This document shows, in pieces, positions 9,848 to 18,316 of a stretch of 64,000 nucleotides of DNA. The DNA is taken from contig JBFMAD010000003.1 of NCBI GenBank assembly GCA_040755855.1, positions 224,001 to 288,000 on the forward strand, in the 5' to 3' direction. The notes under the pieces were generated by a model. That model had not been told where the DNA came from and searched no databases. It was given only the letters and a program-made list of their open reading frames with translations. Each line of letters starts with the position of its first letter. The stretch's first letter is position 1. The position numbers were made by a program, and so were the translations under genes. This DNA is from Planctomycetota bacterium (GTDB lineage Bacteria; Planctomycetota; Brocadiia; JAADGH01).

Positions 9848-9936
9848 GTAACCGACGCATTACGCTTGAATTGAGACGGTAACGTCGCTATAATATTTCT
9901 TAGTTTTTCGCGCGCATGGGATGTTGAAGGATGCAC

Positions 9937-10563
9937 ATGGCGACAACCATCAGACAGGCCGTGGAGTCGGACATCGCCCAGGCCGTTGAGGTGGAAAAGG
10001 CCTGCTGGCCCGCGCCGCTCTGCTTCGCGCGAGAGCGCCTGGCCTCCATCCTGAGCACCTTTCCCGATGGTTTCCTCGTCGCCGAGACATCAGGCAACGT
10101 GGTTGGCTTCGTCACCAGCCTGCGCGTCAACCGCGCCTCGGTCGTGGGGCCGTATCCTTCCTGGCACGACATTACCGGCAACGGCTATATCGCCGGACGG
10201 CATCGGCCGGACGGCGACTGCCTCTTCGTCATGGCCGTCAGCGTCTATCCGTTTATCCAGGACCATAGCATTGGGCGTCAGCTCGTGCACGCGGAGGTGG
10301 ACCTGGCGCGGAGCTTGCCGGGCGTGGCGAGCGTGCTCGGCTACACGCGCATCCCACGATACAAGCGGAAGTCCCATCTTTCCGTGGAGGAATATCTTGC
10401 TTTGAAGCGGCCGGACGGGCGGTGCTTTGATTCGGTGCTGGACTTCCATGTGAGCAACGGGGCGCAGATACTCAAGCCTGTTCCGGGCGCGCGGCCGCGA
10501 GACGAAAAGAGCCTCGGTTACGGCGTTCTCATCAGCTACGATGCTCACTTGAAGACGAGCTGA
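9937..10563 (+). CDS. GNAT-family N-acetyltransferase
   Basis: IRQA...VEKACW, FLVAE...VVGF, AVSVYP...IGRQL and VLDFHVSNGA. Start may be 9931 or 9937. Confidence 0.85.
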   Translation: MATTIRQAVESDIAQAVEVEKACWPAPLCFARERLASILSTFPDGFLVAETSGNVVGFVTSLRVNRASVVGPYPSWHDITGNGYIAGRHRPDGDCLFVMAVSVYPFIQDHSIGRQLVHAEVDLARSLPGVASVLGYTRIPRYKRKSHLSVEEYLALKRPDGRCFDSVLDFHVSNGAQILKPVPGARPRDEKSLGYGVLISYDAHLKTS

Positions 10564-10662
10564 GCCGTCCGCGGCGAAGGATGCGGCGCTTTTTGCGTTG
10601 ACAGTCCCATACCCCTGTGCTACCATGCCGCCTAAACGCGGCGATGAGAACAACCATCCCTC

Positions 10663-11574
10663 ATGGGCTTGAAGAAATCAGACGCAAATTGGACGACATT
10701 CTGCTGGGAAGGCTTCGAGGTCGAGGTCCCGGCGGACTGGGAGCTTGGCGCTGCAAGCGGGGGATACGAATCGGGATACATCCGCCTGGATGATCCCGAC
10801 ATGGTCCGCTTCGAGATGCGATGGGAGAAGGCCAGGGGCAAGGTCACGGCCAAAGACGTGGTGGATAACCACATCAAGCAGGCCGAGAAAGAAGCCAAAC
10901 GCTCCGGGCAGAACGTCAAGACAAAGCGGGACCTGTCGCTGATCCGGTTGGAGGGTTGCGACTGCGAATGCTTCTCGTTCGACGCGGAGCTCCAGTCGTT
11001 CGGGCTGGTGCGGCGGTGCGGGGAGTGCAAGCGGAACGTATTCGCCCGGGTGATGTACCGGAAGGGGGAGCCGATGCGGAAGGTCGCGCAACGGCTATTT
11101 GAATCGTTGCGGGACCATCCATCGGGGGAGGGGGTGAACTGGCGGTTTTTCGGCTTTGCCTTTGAAAGCCCCGTCGGGATGAGACTGAAGGAACGATCGC
11201 TGAAGACGGGGTGTCTGGAGATGTTGTTCACCCGCGGGAAGGACGAGTTGGAGTATGCGCGGGTGAGCCTGGCCGGCCTTCAACTGCAAAAAAAGAAGTT
11301 GAAGGCGTGGTTTGAGGAGTTTTATAATAAGCGCCTTCGGGCGTATCGCTGCAGATCAAAGGAGGAAATTTTTCGGGGGCACAAGAGCCTGGCATATACG
11401 GGAGAGGCGAAGCTGCTTCGCCCGATCACGACGCTGCTCCGACTCCGCCGGGACCTGTGGGCGCGGGTGTGGTGGTGCGAGGAGTCGGATAAGTTGTTCG
11501 TCTTTCGCGCGACGGCGAAGGCAAAGCAGATGTCCGAGTATGCAAAGTTTGTCGAGACGATCCGGTGCCATTGA
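10663..11574 (+). CDS. Hypothetical protein with internal two-fold repeat, first gene of the PqqD/FtsX/ABC operon
   Basis: 303 aa; the halves begin WEGFEVEVP and FFGFAFESP and end SLRDH and TIRCH. Confidence 0.75.
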   Translation: MGLKKSDANWTTFCWEGFEVEVPADWELGAASGGYESGYIRLDDPDMVRFEMRWEKARGKVTAKDVVDNHIKQAEKEAKRSGQNVKTKRDLSLIRLEGCDCECFSFDAELQSFGLVRRCGECKRNVFARVMYRKGEPMRKVAQRLFESLRDHPSGEGVNWRFFGFAFESPVGMRLKERSLKTGCLEMLFTRGKDELEYARVSLAGLQLQKKKLKAWFEEFYNKRLRAYRCRSKEEIFRGHKSLAYTGEAKLLRPITTLLRLRRDLWARVWWCEESDKLFVFRATAKAKQMSEYAKFVETIRCH

Positions 11575-11602
11575 CTCGGCATACGGTCCACATTGAAAGA
11601 GG

Positions 11603-12007
11603 ATGTTCAGGAAAAAGCCACAGCTTACGCGGGAGCAATCGCTGTCGGCGATTCCGGTGCGCAACCAGGCCGTGGAGGTGACGCGGGACGAGGCGGGCCT
11701 GGTTTCGATCTCGATCCCGCGGAAGAAGACCTGGTGGGTTGATCTCGTCGCCAAGGTGTTTTTTGTGCCGCAGGAAAAGCGGATCGGCCTGGACGAGATC
11801 GGCAGCTATGTCTGGGACCTGTGCGATGGAAAGAACAACGTCCGCAGGATCGTGGGGGAGTTCCAGAAGGAGTTCAAGCTGAACCGCAAGGAAGCGGAGT
11901 TGTCTATGCTGAACTATTTGAAGATCCTGGCAAAACGAAGGCTGATCGGCTTGATGATCAAGGAGCCGCAGGAGAGCAGAAAGAAAGGGAAAAAGAAGAA
12001 ACGATGA
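11603..12007 (+). CDS. PqqD-family / RiPP recognition element (RRE) protein
   Basis: LDEIGSYVWDLCDGKNNVRRIV...YLKILAKRRLI winged-helix signature. Confidence 0.85.
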   Translation: MFRKKPQLTREQSLSAIPVRNQAVEVTRDEAGLVSISIPRKKTWWVDLVAKVFFVPQEKRIGLDEIGSYVWDLCDGKNNVRRIVGEFQKEFKLNRKEAELSMLNYLKILAKRRLIGLMIKEPQESRKKGKKKKR

Positions 12008-12729
12008 GTGAGCGTATTGTTGACCGGGATCGGCGGCGCATCGGCAAGCAGATCGTCCTTCCCCTTTCCAAGGCCGTTGAGATCGCGCTCAAAAGCCTGA
12101 GAATTCGATTCTGGCGCTCCATGATTACCATGGGCGGCATCATCCTGGCAATCGCCTTTGTCATGTCAATCTGGGCCGGCAACGCCTATGTCTCCGGCTT
12201 CAAAACGCTCGACGACGAGAACCCGGACAAGGAAGAGCTGCGCCTCATCATGGAAAAAAAAGGGATTGACGTGAGCGAAGAAACGGGCCTGAGCGCCTCG
12301 CAATACTGGCTCATCGTCTTGTCCCTCCTGGTGTGCGTAGTGGGCATCGTCAACGCCATGCTCATGTCCGTATCCGAGCGCATCCGGGAGATCGGAACGA
12401 TGAAATGCCTCGGCGCGCTGGATGGGTTCATCATCAAGCTGTTCCTCCTGGAGTCGTCGCTCCAGGGCATTGCAGGGACGATCTTCGGCATCGGCATGGG
12501 ATTCGTTCTCAGCTTTATAGGCACACTTCTCGGCTACGGCTGGTACGAGGCCGAGGACTTCCCCTATTTCGGCTTCTATGCGGTAACCTATTTTCCGCTC
12601 AAGGGGCTTCTGGCCTCCGCGGTGCTCTGCTTTGCAATCGGGTCCGTCCTCTCGATCCTCGCTGCCATCGGACCCGCCTACTCCGCGGCAAAGATGCAGC
12701 CGGTTGACGCGATGAGGTCTGAAGAGTAG
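12004..12729 (+). CDS. FtsX/MacB-like ABC permease (short)
   Basis: GIVNAMLMSVSERIREIGTMKCLGA...PAYSAAKMQPVDAMR; ATGA overlap with the PqqD gene. Confidence 0.9.
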   Translation: MSERIVDRDRRRIGKQIVLPLSKAVEIALKSLRIRFWRSMITMGGIILAIAFVMSIWAGNAYVSGFKTLDDENPDKEELRLIMEKKGIDVSEETGLSASQYWLIVLSLLVCVVGIVNAMLMSVSERIREIGTMKCLGALDGFIIKLFLLESSLQGIAGTIFGIGMGFVLSFIGTLLGYGWYEAEDFPYFGFYAVTYFPLKGLLASAVLCFAIGSVLSILAAIGPAYSAAKMQPVDAMRSEE

Positions 12730-12773
12730 AATAATACTGGTTCCTTCGATTTAGCGATAGGAGGAAACGCTCG

Positions 12774-13634
12774 ATGAAAGATGCGGCTACCGCTCAGGAA
12801 CGCGCCGGTTCGGCAATGGATCAGGTCCAAAACATCGTCCGAACGAAGAACGTCACCAAGGTCTACCGCATGGGCGACGAGGAGGTCTACGCCCTCAACG
12901 GGGTGTCCGTGGAGATCAAGCAGGGCGAGTACATCTCCATCATGGGACCGTCCGGTTCGGGAAAGTCAACGCTCTTCAACATGGTCGGCGGCCTGGACAA
13001 GCCCACCGACGGCAGCGTTTACATTGACGAGGTGGACGTGGCGCAGCTCGACGCCTATGAGCTCGCATGGCTGCGGTGCCGGAAGATCGGCTACATCTTC
13101 CAATCCTTCAACCTGATCCCCGTCATGACCGCCCTGGAGAACGTGACGCTTCCGATGACCTTCGCCGGCCTCACCACCGACGAGGCCCGCGACAAGGGCT
13201 GCCAGCTCCTCGAACTGGTCGGCCTCGGCGAGCGCGTCCTCCACAAGCCGTTCCAGCTCTCCGGCGGCCAGCAGCAGCGCGTCGCCATCGCCCGCGCCAT
13301 GGCCAACGACCCCGCCATCCTCCTCGCCGACGAGCCGACGGGCAACCTCGACCTCTCCACCGGCCGCGAGATCATCGAACTTCTCAGGGAGATGAACGAG
13401 AAATCCGGCGTGACGATCATCTCCGCCACCCACGACATGAAGATGCTCAGCGTCTCCGACCGCATCATCTGGATTCGCGACGGGCAGATCGCCAAGATCG
13501 AGCGGCGCGAGGACCTCGACATCTCCGTCGGCTCCATTGACGGCGAGGAGACAGGCGGCGTCACCGGCGGCCAGGTCAAGCACACTGAGGAAAGTCTCCG
13601 CGGCCAGGAAGAAGGTGAAAAGAAAGAAGAATAA
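12774..13634 (+). CDS. ABC transporter ATP-binding protein (MacB/LolD type)
   Basis: GPSGSGKST, LSGGQQQRVAIARA and LLADEPTGNLD. Confidence 0.95.
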   Translation: MKDAATAQERAGSAMDQVQNIVRTKNVTKVYRMGDEEVYALNGVSVEIKQGEYISIMGPSGSGKSTLFNMVGGLDKPTDGSVYIDEVDVAQLDAYELAWLRCRKIGYIFQSFNLIPVMTALENVTLPMTFAGLTTDEARDKGCQLLELVGLGERVLHKPFQLSGGQQQRVAIARAMANDPAILLADEPTGNLDLSTGREIIELLREMNEKSGVTIISATHDMKMLSVSDRIIWIRDGQIAKIERREDLDISVGSIDGEETGGVTGGQVKHTEESLRGQEEGEKKEE

Positions 13635-13654
13635 CCGCCGCTTTGCATGACCAC

Positions 13655-13687
13655 ACGGCCAGGGCGTCACGCCCTGGCCGTTTTTTT
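13655..13687 (+). terminator. Rho-independent terminator
   Basis: ACGGCCAGGGCG-TCA-CGCCCTGGCCGT followed by a T run. Confidence 0.85.
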
Positions 13688-13755
13688 ATACTTCAATTTA
13701 CTCTGTCGCTATGTTCCTTCGACAGAAGCAGCTGCGCCCGGTTAGACCAATGGGG

Positions 13756-14751
13756 TCAGCCCGTCCAGTCGAACACCACCCCAAGCGCGTCGGCGGGATT
13801 GTCCGCGAGCATGTTGTAGATGTCGAGGCAATCCTCCGGCCTGGCGACGTGCGTGATAAGGTCCTCCGCCGTCAGTTTGCCCTCGCTCATCAGGCGGAAG
13901 ATCAGGTTCCGCTCGCGCTGCTTCGTCCACCAGAAGTAGATATGCGGCTGCTCCGGGGTGCGCGGGTGAATCGCGCCGAGGATCGAAACCTCGCGCAGGT
14001 GGACCTCCTCCATGAAGCTGAACTCCACCGTCCCGCGCGGCGAGCCGAGCGCGATCAGACGCCCGCACAGACAGGCCAGCTTGACCGCCATCGGATAGAC
14101 CTTCGGGATGCCCGTCGCCTCGATGACACAGTTCGCCCCGTCCTCGACGCAGACGGCGCGGACCGCCGCCGCCGCATCATCCACCTTACCGGGATTGATG
14201 CAGACGTCCGCCCCGCGCGCCTTCGCCTTCTCCAGACGTTTGTCGTCGAGGTCCACCGCGATCACCGGCAGCGCGCCGCTCAGCTTGGCAAGTGAAAGCG
14301 CGAACTGACCGACAAGGCCCAGCCCTGTGACGGCCACCGCCTCGCCAAGTTCGATCTTGGCCACGCGGACGCCGTGCATCGCAATCGCCGCCATGGTCAG
14401 AAGAGCGGCGGACTTCGACGAGACGTTCTCCGGGACCTTCGTGATGAGGTTCGTCATAATGGCATGGCTGGCATGGTTGCCCTGACCGGCCACACAGTCG
14501 CCGGGCTTGATGTCCGTTACGTTCTTTCCGACCTCGAGGACCGTTCCCGCGTTGCAGTAGCCGGTGGGTCGGGGGAACTTCGCCTCGCGGTGTGGCTCGG
14601 ACCCGTGCATCCAGTTCCACAGCTCCGTGCCCCGGCTCACCGTCGTGTATTCATTGCGGACAAGGATTCCATTGTCCGGGACCTTGCCGATCTCGAAATC
14701 CTCGACCTCGATCTGACGGACACCCTTGCAGATGAAGCGACGTCCTTTCAT
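13756..14751 (-). CDS. MDR-family (zinc-binding type) alcohol dehydrogenase
   Basis: VSRGTEL, GYCNAGTV, GLGLVGQFA Rossmann motif and VIEATG. Confidence 0.88.
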   Translation of the reverse strand: MKGRRFICKGVRQIEVEDFEIGKVPDNGILVRNEYTTVSRGTELWNWMHGSEPHREAKFPRPTGYCNAGTVLEVGKNVTDIKPGDCVAGQGNHASHAIMTNLITKVPENVSSKSAALLTMAAIAMHGVRVAKIELGEAVAVTGLGLVGQFALSLAKLSGALPVIAVDLDDKRLEKAKARGADVCINPGKVDDAAAAVRAVCVEDGANCVIEATGIPKVYPMAVKLACLCGRLIALGSPRGTVEFSFMEEVHLREVSILGAIHPRTPEQPHIYFWWTKQRERNLIFRLMSEGKLTAEDLITHVARPEDCLDIYNMLADNPADALGVVFDWTG

Positions 14752-14784
14752 TCTCGTTTCTCCGATAAAAGCAGATTGTGTGCA

Positions 14785-14937
14785 GGGCAAAATTCACATT
14801 GGACACATAATACCACACTTCCTGTCTTCAGGAAGTGTGGTATACGTAGAAATTGATTTTGCAAAACGATATGACCTCCATCAGCAGGGCAACGTCGGTT
14901 CTCACGGGAAAAAATATGTCCAATGTGAATTTTGCTC
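14785..14937. mobile_element. MITE-like element with nested hairpin
   Basis: About 25-bp TIRs G(G/A)GCAAAATTCACATTGGACA(C/T)AT at 14785-14809 and 14913-14937, with CA on both flanks. Inner 15-bp perfect inverted repeat at 14810-14843. Confidence 0.7.
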
Positions 14938-15007
14938 CAGCCCTTGGCGGAATTGCGGGTATCGCCCACGATAGGTACCGTAGCCGGAACCGTCGGCAAT
15001 GTCAATG

Positions 15008-16327
15008 TCAAAAAGTCCCAAGGTCCATGGCGTTGATGGTCTCAACCCGCCCGAGTTCCTTCCGAAAGTCCGCGACCCGCCGCGCCGCCTGCATGTGCTG
15101 CCGCCACGCGCCATATTGCTTTCCCGGTCCGGCTAAGCGGTCGAGCGCCCTCTGAAGACGGGGCGACAAGTGCGGCGACGGGAACTCGGCAAGGGGCGTC
15201 CCCGGCAGGGGGATGAATGTGTGGCTGTGAATCTGCGCCCCCATATCGGCTAAGCGGAGCATCAGATCGAGCGTGGCCCCCTCGTCGGCCTCCGTCTCCC
15301 CCGGCAGGCCGAACAGAAAATCAACGCTCGGAACGAAGCCGTGCTTCACGATAATCTGCACGGCCCGGATGACGTCGTCCACCGTGTGCCATCGCTTCAT
15401 ACGGTCGAGCACGGCCTGACTGCCCGATTGCGCCCCGATGATGAGCATGTCGTTGCCCGTGTGGGCGCGGAGGAGACCCATCGCCTCGTCCGTGACCGAC
15501 GCGGGCCAGACCTCGGACGGGAACGAGCCGAAGAATGTGTGCTCCCGTCCGGCAATCTCGTTGGTCGCCTTCAGCAGGTTGCTGACGGCGCGAAGATTCG
15601 GCTCGCCAGGATTGTCGCTCCCGTACGACAGAGCGTCGGGGCTGAGGAAGTGGATGTCCCGCCAGCCGACGTCGTGAAGAAACTGCACCGCCGCGGCGAT
15701 GTTCTCGATGGACCGATGGCGGAGGGACCGCCCGAAGAGAAAGGGGTTCTGGCAGAACTTGCACCCCCGTCCGCAGCCGCGCGTGATCTCGATATATGAA
15801 AAGAGCCTTGTCCGTTGGGCGACCGGTGGAAAGGCGTGCACGTCCGGTTGCTCAGCGCGGCCATTGCGGATCACCCGACCGTCGCGTGTCGTCGCTATGC
15901 CTTTGATGTGAGACGCATCCGCTTCGCGGGCCAGGGCCGACACAAGGGACGGGAAAGCGATCTCCCCCTCGCCGACCACGACGTAGTCGAACCCCAACTT
16001 CAGCGCCTCCTCCGGGACGGCGCTGGGGTGTGGGCCGCCCGCAACGGACACGAGGTTATCAATCCCCCTACCACGCGCCATCTGCCTGAGCCGCTGCATG
16101 GCGACGGCCGCGTCAGTGAGGGCGAGCGTGCCGAAGGAGAAGGCGACGACCACACGCCGCGCCGCGCCGCACACATCGGGAAGCCTTTCGATTAGATTAT
16201 CCATACCATGAGCGACGGTGATCGGACAGTCGGCGGTCGGCGGCGTCTCCTCCAGCGCGCCGGCGACGGCGGCCAGACTGTTGCGGTTGAACTCGGTCAG
16301 AAGTAGGACAACATGCGCGGGTTCCAT
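15008..16327 (-). CDS. B12-binding domain / radical SAM protein (TIGR04013-like)
   Basis: VAGGPHPSA, VVGEGE, EITRGCGRGCKFCQ (CxxxCxxC), FFGSFPSEV and GAQSGS. Confidence 0.88.
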   Translation of the reverse strand: MEPAHVVLLLTEFNRNSLAAVAGALEETPPTADCPITVAHGMDNLIERLPDVCGAARRVVVAFSFGTLALTDAAVAMQRLRQMARGRGIDNLVSVAGGPHPSAVPEEALKLGFDYVVVGEGEIAFPSLVSALAREADASHIKGIATTRDGRVIRNGRAEQPDVHAFPPVAQRTRLFSYIEITRGCGRGCKFCQNPFLFGRSLRHRSIENIAAAVQFLHDVGWRDIHFLSPDALSYGSDNPGEPNLRAVSNLLKATNEIAGREHTFFGSFPSEVWPASVTDEAMGLLRAHTGNDMLIIGAQSGSQAVLDRMKRWHTVDDVIRAVQIIVKHGFVPSVDFLFGLPGETEADEGATLDLMLRLADMGAQIHSHTFIPLPGTPLAEFPSPHLSPRLQRALDRLAGPGKQYGAWRQHMQAARRVADFRKELGRVETINAMDLGTF

Positions 16328-16444
16328 GCCTGCATTTAATCACTCTCTTTGCTGCGGCTCAAGGCAAATGTCATCCTTGACTCGGGCCCCAGGCTTGGAT
16401 AGACTTTCCCGGGTGAGAGACCAATCTTCTCTGGAGGAATAGCC

Positions 16445-18295
16445 TTGCCTCGCGCCTCTCTGCTTTTCATCGTACCCTTGCTGGTTGTTGCCCTGGCCTC
16501 TTGTGAGGAACCTGGCAACGTCCTGAAGAATCCCGGATTTGCAAAAGGCGTCGAAGGCTGGCAGACGTTCGGCCAGGAGCGCTACGATGTGGTCGCCGGC
16601 GCGGGCGGCCTTGGCGGCCCCGCCCTGCGTTATCGAAAGGACAAGGTGGAGGGCAAGGAGAACTCCCACTTCGACCAGGAGGCGGATGTCGAGGCGCAAA
16701 CGCTCCACATCGCCGCCGCGCGGTTCAAGGCGGAGGGCGACCTGCGCCCCGTCCTGCGCATCGCCTCGATGGACTGGCAGACGATGGCCCTCGGCATTGC
16801 GACCCCATCGAAGGACTGGCAGGAGGTGCGTGTCCGATTCTATGCCCGTGACAACAAGCGCGTCCGGGTGCAGATCTTCGGCGGCGCGCAGAGCGAGCAG
16901 CGCGAGTCGTCCGTCGGCGTGAGCTACTGCGATGCCGTGTTCCTACGCAAGGCGACCGAGGAGGAATGTCGCGAGGTCCGACGATCCCGTGTGGACGTGG
17001 ACGCGACGACCGTCCTGCGCGAGATCAACCCCCTCTTCTTCGGCGTGAACTTCCTGTTCATGGTGGAGGACGACGCCTCGCGCGCCGACGGCAAGATCGA
17101 GACGCTGCTCCGCGAGATGCCGTGCCGTTTGATCCGATACCCCGGCGGCGAGATGGCCGACAACTACCACTGGAAGACGCACCGCCTCGACGATCCAAAG
17201 AAGTGGCCCCTGCGAGAGGGACCGGACACCACCGACACCGACGAGTTCATGGCCTGGTGTCGCCGCATCGGCGCGGCGCCGATCTTCGTCGTCAACCTCG
17301 AATCGGGCTTTATCCACAATGACGTGGACGCGGCCGTCCGCGAGGCGGCCGAGTGGGTCAAGTACTGCAACAAGGAGAAGGGATACGGCATCAAGTACTG
17401 GGAGATCGGCAACGAGACCTATCTCAAGGGCACGCTCTATCCCCTCACGGCGCAGCAGTACGCCGACGCCTTTGCAAAATTCTCCCGCGCCATGAAAGCG
17501 GTTGATCCGACGATCAAGGTCGGCGCCGTCGGGCCGATGAACGTGAACGAGGTGGTTGCCATCGAGAAGGACAAAGGCGGGCCGCAGTGGTGGCCGACGG
17601 TCGCGCGCGTCGCCGGAGCGGACATGGACTTCGCCATCGTCCATCGCTACTACCATGAAGGCGACTTCGACAACTTCGCGTGGAACCCCGTGAAGGTCGG
17701 CGAGCCGGTGGCCGAGCTGCGCCGCTTTCTCCGCGAACAGATGCCGAACCGAACCGTCGAGATCGCCCTGACCGAGTGGAATACGTGGCAAAAGTCGGAG
17801 CTTCAGGGCATGGCCCACGCCCTGCTCATGGCGGAGATGATGGCGCGCTACATCGAGGGCGGCGTGGACCTGGCCAACTTCTGGCCCTTCCGCAACACGG
17901 GCAAGGGGTCCGGCTTCCGCGCCATGCTCGACCGCGAGACGAACGAGCCGCTCCCGCCGTATCATGTGATGAAACTCTTTTCGTCGAACATCGGCAAGCG
18001 GCCGGTGAAGAGCGCGGCGTCCAACATTCAGGTCGTTCCGTTCGCCTCGACGAGCGCCGACGGAAAGACGATGGCGCTGTTCCTCGTGAACAAAGCGACC
18101 TGGCCGGAGGGTATGGACGTCGAGATCAAGGCCGCGGGGGGAAATTTCGCAAATGCGAAAGGCCAGATCCTGACCACGCCGGACCTCATGTCTATGGATG
18201 TAAGCCTGAGCGACATGGAGGTCAAGAAGGACGGAGACCGATGGACATGTCACCTGCCGCCGCACTCGATCGGGTTGGTCAAACTCTGCCGGTGA
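16445..18295 (+). CDS. Exported glycoside hydrolase (GH51-like, clan GH-A) with N-terminal CBM-like domain
   Basis: Signal/lipobox ALASC, IRYPGG, YWEIGNE and ALTEWN; RBS GGAGG before a TTG start. Confidence 0.8.
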   Translation: MPRASLLFIVPLLVVALASCEEPGNVLKNPGFAKGVEGWQTFGQERYDVVAGAGGLGGPALRYRKDKVEGKENSHFDQEADVEAQTLHIAAARFKAEGDLRPVLRIASMDWQTMALGIATPSKDWQEVRVRFYARDNKRVRVQIFGGAQSEQRESSVGVSYCDAVFLRKATEEECREVRRSRVDVDATTVLREINPLFFGVNFLFMVEDDASRADGKIETLLREMPCRLIRYPGGEMADNYHWKTHRLDDPKKWPLREGPDTTDTDEFMAWCRRIGAAPIFVVNLESGFIHNDVDAAVREAAEWVKYCNKEKGYGIKYWEIGNETYLKGTLYPLTAQQYADAFAKFSRAMKAVDPTIKVGAVGPMNVNEVVAIEKDKGGPQWWPTVARVAGADMDFAIVHRYYHEGDFDNFAWNPVKVGEPVAELRRFLREQMPNRTVEIALTEWNTWQKSELQGMAHALLMAEMMARYIEGGVDLANFWPFRNTGKGSGFRAMLDRETNEPLPPYHVMKLFSSNIGKRPVKSAASNIQVVPFASTSADGKTMALFLVNKATWPEGMDVEIKAAGGNFANAKGQILTTPDLMSMDVSLSDMEVKKDGDRWTCHLPPHSIGLVKLCR

Positions 18296-18316
18296 CTAAT
18301 AGAGAAGGAGAACACA

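Noticed and set aside
15008..16327. Radical SAM enzyme as maturase for the PqqD operon
   Set aside because: It is on the opposite strand, separated by a terminator and another gene, and has no SPASM domain or nearby precursor.
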